Source: Clostridia bacterium (lineage in GTDB: Bacteria; Bacillota; Clostridia; Oscillospirales; CAG-272). Taken from it: a DNA stretch of 51,654 nt. The DNA is taken from positions 1 through 51,654 of the forward strand of contig JAFTME010000153.1 in assembly GCA_017452545.1 (NCBI GenBank), given 5' to 3'. Positions 48,500-51,654 of the stretch are shown here, one piece after another. A program made the position numbers and the translations under genes. Numbering within the stretch: position 1 is the stretch's first letter; the number at the start of each line of letters is the position of its first letter. The notes beneath the pieces were generated by a model. That model did not search any database. It was not told the origin of the DNA and saw only the letters and a program-made list of their open reading frames with translations.

Positions 48500-48691
48500 T
48501 TATTGAGGATTATTTGTATGATCCTCGGCTTTTTGTGGAGAGGACACGGAGCAGCAATGGGAAGCACACGTAGCGCTGTACGGACAACCGATGCATTTTT
48601 GACCGCGCTTCTTTGCCCGGATGATATAGCCGATAGCACCGCCCACGATCAATCCAATGATGGCAATAATAATAAAATCAATTCCTCCCAT
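48500..48691 (-). CDS. FeoB-associated Cys-rich small membrane protein
   Basis: 63 aa. N-terminal TM IIIAIIGLIVGGAIGYII followed by CIGCPYSATCASHCC. Lies immediately downstream of feoB. Confidence 0.8.
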   Translation of the reverse strand: MGGIDFIIIAIIGLIVGGAIGYIIRAKKRGQKCIGCPYSATCASHCCSVSSPQKAEDHTNNPQ

Positions 48692-48718
48692 GATGACACC
48701 GCCTTTCTATGTAAAATA

Positions 48719-50737
48719 TTATGCCTTCAGTGCGTATTCCGCCTTGATCTCTTTGTTCTTTTTAATGATCAGCGCAGTCAGGATCGCAGCGATGAATGCG
48801 ACGATCGCCCAACCGACGATGGGCATCCAAGCGGAGCCAAAGCTGCCGGCGGTAAACAGTGTACCAAAGAAGAATACGAGGAAGCCGATGGTATAGCCGA
48901 CAGAGAACTGCAGACCGATGCCTGCCCACAGCCACTTACGGCTCTTGATCTCGGCGTTCATCGCGCCGATCGCAGCGAAGCAGGGAGGAGTAAACAGGTT
49001 GAACATCAAAAATGCAAGACCGGCAACGACCGAGATACCGCCCATATTGGCAGCGGAGATTGCACCCACAGCCTCAAGATCCTCGTTGATGAGCTCTTCA
49101 AACATGAATACGGTTGCCAGCGTAGAAACGACACACTCCTTGGCGATAAAGCCGGTGACGGCCGCGGCAGCCAGCTGCCAAAGCGCCACGCCAACGATCG
49201 GGGCAATGATGTAAGCGATGGGGGTTGCGATGGTAGCGAGAATGGAGGTGGAAGGATCCTCGACAGCGTGGAAGGTCCAATCGTAGGTCTGCATCATGTA
49301 AACGATAAAGTTGCAGACCAGGATAATGGTACCTGCCTTTACAATGTAAGCCCAGCCTCTCTGGCACATGGACTTGAATGCACGCCAGAGTGAGGGTGCC
49401 TTGTACTCGGGAAGCTCAATGATAAAGAAGGATTTTCTTGCCTTGTGGCCGGTCAGCTTATTGATCAGCAGGGCACAAAGGAGAATGATGACGATACCGA
49501 CAAAGTACATGACGGTTCCGACCCACTCTGCCTCGTTAAAGAATGCACCGGCAAAGAGCGAGATGACGGGAAGCTTTGCGCCGCAGGGCATGAAGGGCGC
49601 CAGCATTGCCGTTGCTCTTCTCTCACGCTCGTTTCTGATGGTGCGGCAAGCCATAACGCCGGGGATGGCGCAGCCGGTACCGATAACGAAGGGAATGACC
49701 GACTTACCGGAAAGTCCGACCTTCTTGAAGATCGGATCAAGAACGACAGTTGCACGTGCCATGTAACCGCAATCCTCCAGCAGCGCGATCAGGAAGTACA
49801 TGATCATGACCAGCGGCAAGAAGCCAACGACGGCAGCAACGCCCTCAATGATACCCTCCAGCACGATGGCCTGGAGAATGTCGTGTGCGCCTTCCATCCA
49901 GCCGGCAACGATTTCCTTAAACCAGCCGATGCAATCGACCAGACCCCAAAGATGCGTCTCGCCGATGTCAAGACCCTCGGAGAGCCAAGCGCCGGGACCT
50001 GCCTGCGAGATCCAGAACACCGCCCACATAACGAGCGCAAAGATCGGAATGCCCAGCCATTTGTTGGTCAGAATGGCATCGATCTTATCCTGTGCGTTTC
50101 TGTTCTTGGTGAGAACCTTTCTGCTTTCAACAGCCTTTACGACCTGATTGACAAACTCAAAGCGCTTTCTGTCGGCTGCGACTACGACGCTCTTGTCGGA
50201 CAGGTCAATATCGCCCTGAGAATAGGGAGCCTTTTGCTCCTTGCCGATCACGGCAACAGCAGCTGCAACGACGTCCTTCAAACCGTCACCGGAGGTGGAG
50301 GTCGTATCGATGACGGGGCAACCGAGCTTTTCAGCCAGCAGTTTGGTATCGATCTTGGTTTCTTTCTTCTTGTTAATATCTGCCTTGTTGAGGGCTACGA
50401 CCATAGGAATGCCCAGTTCCAACAGCTGCGTCGTAAAGAACAGGCTGCGAGATAGATTGGTTGCATCGACGATGTTGATGATCGCATCGGGATGCTCGTT
50501 TTTGACGTACGAGCTGGTGATACTCTCCTCGGAGGTGAAGGGCGACATGGAATATGCACCGGGCAGATCCACCGCAATCAGTTCTTCGCCACCTGCGTAG
50601 TAGCTTTTTTTGATGGGGCATTCTTTCTTTTCAACAGTGACACCTGCCCAGTTGCCGACTTTTTCATTTCTGCCGGTCAGAGCGTTGTACATGGTGGTTT
50701 TTCCGCTATTGGGATTACCTGCCAATGCAATTCTCAT
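48719..50737 (-). CDS. feoB: Ferrous iron transporter FeoB
   Basis: N-terminal G domain IALAGNPNSGKTT, DLPGAYS and NKAD. Large polytopic permease domain. Confidence 0.95.
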   Translation of the reverse strand: MRIALAGNPNSGKTTMYNALTGRNEKVGNWAGVTVEKKECPIKKSYYAGGEELIAVDLPGAYSMSPFTSEESITSSYVKNEHPDAIINIVDATNLSRSLFFTTQLLELGIPMVVALNKADINKKKETKIDTKLLAEKLGCPVIDTTSTSGDGLKDVVAAAVAVIGKEQKAPYSQGDIDLSDKSVVVAADRKRFEFVNQVVKAVESRKVLTKNRNAQDKIDAILTNKWLGIPIFALVMWAVFWISQAGPGAWLSEGLDIGETHLWGLVDCIGWFKEIVAGWMEGAHDILQAIVLEGIIEGVAAVVGFLPLVMIMYFLIALLEDCGYMARATVVLDPIFKKVGLSGKSVIPFVIGTGCAIPGVMACRTIRNERERRATAMLAPFMPCGAKLPVISLFAGAFFNEAEWVGTVMYFVGIVIILLCALLINKLTGHKARKSFFIIELPEYKAPSLWRAFKSMCQRGWAYIVKAGTIILVCNFIVYMMQTYDWTFHAVEDPSTSILATIATPIAYIIAPIVGVALWQLAAAAVTGFIAKECVVSTLATVFMFEELINEDLEAVGAISAANMGGISVVAGLAFLMFNLFTPPCFAAIGAMNAEIKSRKWLWAGIGLQFSVGYTIGFLVFFFGTLFTAGSFGSAWMPIVGWAIVAFIAAILTALIIKKNKEIKAEYALKA

Positions 50738-50804
50738 AAAATGTACTCCTTTTGTAATTGGAATTGGTATTTTTACAGCCGGGGCTGTGAAAAATCAAAT
50801 TGAG

Positions 50805-50820
50805 GTTAGCAGCTGCTAAC
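50805..50820. promoter_or_regulatory. Perfect 16-bp palindrome GTTAGCAGCTGCTAAC in the feoA-feoB spacer
   Basis: The sequence is its own reverse complement. It shares the half-sites GTTAGC/GCTAAC and N4 spacing with the site at 51126-51143. Confidence 0.5.
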
Positions 50821-50870
50821 TGCTGATCAAAAAAATAATCCAATCGGACTATTTTTTGCTTTTTCGGGCA

Positions 50871-51083
50871 TCAAACGACGATGGCGTCAGCCAGATCGTT
50901 GTCAATGGTATATCTGCCGTCCTTGATGGAAACAACGCAGCCACCCTTCAGTCGGGAAACGACCGTAATGGGCTCACCACTGTAGCAGCCCAGAGAAAAC
51001 AGAAAAGCATCCAGCTCTTCATCATCAGTTTCAATGCTCTTGATGATATACTCTTTTCCTTCCTCAGCAGTACGCAGTGTCAT
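50871..51083 (-). CDS. feoA: FeoA family protein
   Basis: 70 aa SH3-like FeoA (LRTAEEGKEYIIKSI...GEPITVVSRLKGGCVVSIKDGRYTI). Confidence 0.9.
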   Translation of the reverse strand: MTLRTAEEGKEYIIKSIETDDEELDAFLFSLGCYSGEPITVVSRLKGGCVVSIKDGRYTIDNDLADAIVV

Positions 51084-51125
51084 AGCAGTTCATCTCCTGT
51101 ATGCGGTGATCCGTGAATATACGTG

Positions 51126-51143
51126 GGTTAGCCTTCGCTAACC
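51126..51143. promoter_or_regulatory. Inverted repeat GGTTAGC-CTTC-GCTAACC at the predicted feoA transcription start
   Basis: 7-bp arms with a 4-nt spacer, starting about 7 nt downstream of the feoA -10 hexamer. Confidence 0.5.
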
Positions 51144-51149
51144 TTGTAT

Positions 51150-51178
51150 ATTATATATCGATTTGCTGTAATTGTCAA
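51150..51178 (-). promoter_or_regulatory. Consensus sigma-A promoter of feoA-feoB
   Basis: Minus strand TTGACA (51178-51173), 17 nt spacer, TATAAT (51155-51150). Confidence 0.65.
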
Positions 51179-51267
51179 GAGGGTTAAGAAAAATTTTTCA
51201 AAAAAGGCAGAAAAAACAGAGAATTTCGTTTGCGATGAAAAAAATTGTGAAAATTGCAAATGCAGAC

Positions 51268-51302
51268 AAAAAACCGTCCCGAGGAAATTTTCCTCGGGAC
51301 GG
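51268..51302 (-). terminator. Intrinsic terminator of ppdK
   Basis: Minus strand CCGTCCCGAGGA-AAATT-TCCTCGGGACGG followed by TTTTTTG. Confidence 0.85.
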
Positions 51303-51339
51303 GGCATATAGGTCAATTCAAATCCTTTATAAGGTCGAA

Positions 51340-51654
51340 TTACTTCAGCGCTGCCTGTGCTGCTGCCAGACGTGCGATCGGCACGCGGAAGGGAGAGCAG
51401 GAAACGTAGTCAAGACCCAGAGTATGGCAGAACTCAACGGATGTGGGGTCACCACCGTGCTCACCGCAGATACCGATGTGCAGCTTCGCGTTGTTTGCGC
51501 GGCCATCCTTGCAAGCCATGCCCATCAGCTTACCAACACCGGTCTGGTCGAGCTTAGCGAAAGGATCGTTCTCGAAGATCTTGGTGTCGTAGTAAGCGTT
51601 CAGGAACTTACCTGCGTCATCGCGGGAGAAGCCGAAGGTCATCTGCGTCAGGTC
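51340..51654 (-). CDS. ppdK: Pyruvate, phosphate dikinase, C-terminal end (partial; continues beyond the window)
   Basis: The frame is open to the window edge. [18 protein letters not shown]...[45 protein letters not shown] is the PEP-utilising C-terminal signature of PPDK. Confidence 0.9.
   Translation of the reverse strand, partial: DLTQMTFGFSRDDAGKFLNAYYDTKIFENDPFAKLDQTGVGKLMGMACKDGRANNAKLHIGICGEHGGDPTSVEFCHTLGLDYVSCSPFRVPIARLAAAQAALK

Noticed and set aside
51084-51339. Canonical Fur box upstream of feoA.
   Set aside because: No 19-bp GATAATGATAATCATTATC-like sequence or clear 7-1-7 Fur motif is visible. The only symmetric element is the GTTAGC-N4-GCTAAC repeat, which is reported as a finding.

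Overview
This 51.6 kb window looks like the chromosome of a fairly high-GC, Spo0A-encoding Firmicute. Taxonomy (Clostridia, Oscillospiraceae/Ruminococcaceae-like) is only inferred from gene content and synteny. It opens with the distal end of an rRNA operon in an unusual order: 23S 3' end, tRNA-Lys(CTT), then 5S. A short AT-rich accessory patch follows, holding a two-ORF cassette and an orphan RHS/YD-repeat fragment. The rest is almost entirely syntenic housekeeping. It includes a GH36-like hydrolase, spo0A and a Spo0A-derived paralogue, and rluB-dacB-ytfIJ-scpBA-engB-lon. It continues with infC-rpmI-rplT, dprA-topA-trmFO-plsX-rnc-smc-ftsY, and rdgB-yhbY-nadD-yqeK-LCP-rsfS-leuS. It ends with rpsU, rsmI, ligA, hpf, asd, feoAB and the 3' end of ppdK. 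I found no CRISPR array, transposase, integrase, or recognisable defence or toxin-antitoxin operon, and no convincing novel multi-gene system. The best leads are single-gene or regulatory:
1. A receiver-less protein built from two tandem Spo0A effector domains, next to spo0A and with its own consensus promoter.
2. An inverted pair of perfect 0A boxes, an orphan consensus promoter and a dense TGTC-palindrome cluster in the 750 bp lon/infC intergenic region.
3. TTTTACCA inverted repeats embedded in the spo0A promoter.
4. A GTTAGC-N4-GCTAAC palindrome present twice in the feo operon.
5. A polymorphic-toxin remnant beside the rRNA operon.
All functional calls rest on motif recognition by eye. No searches were run.
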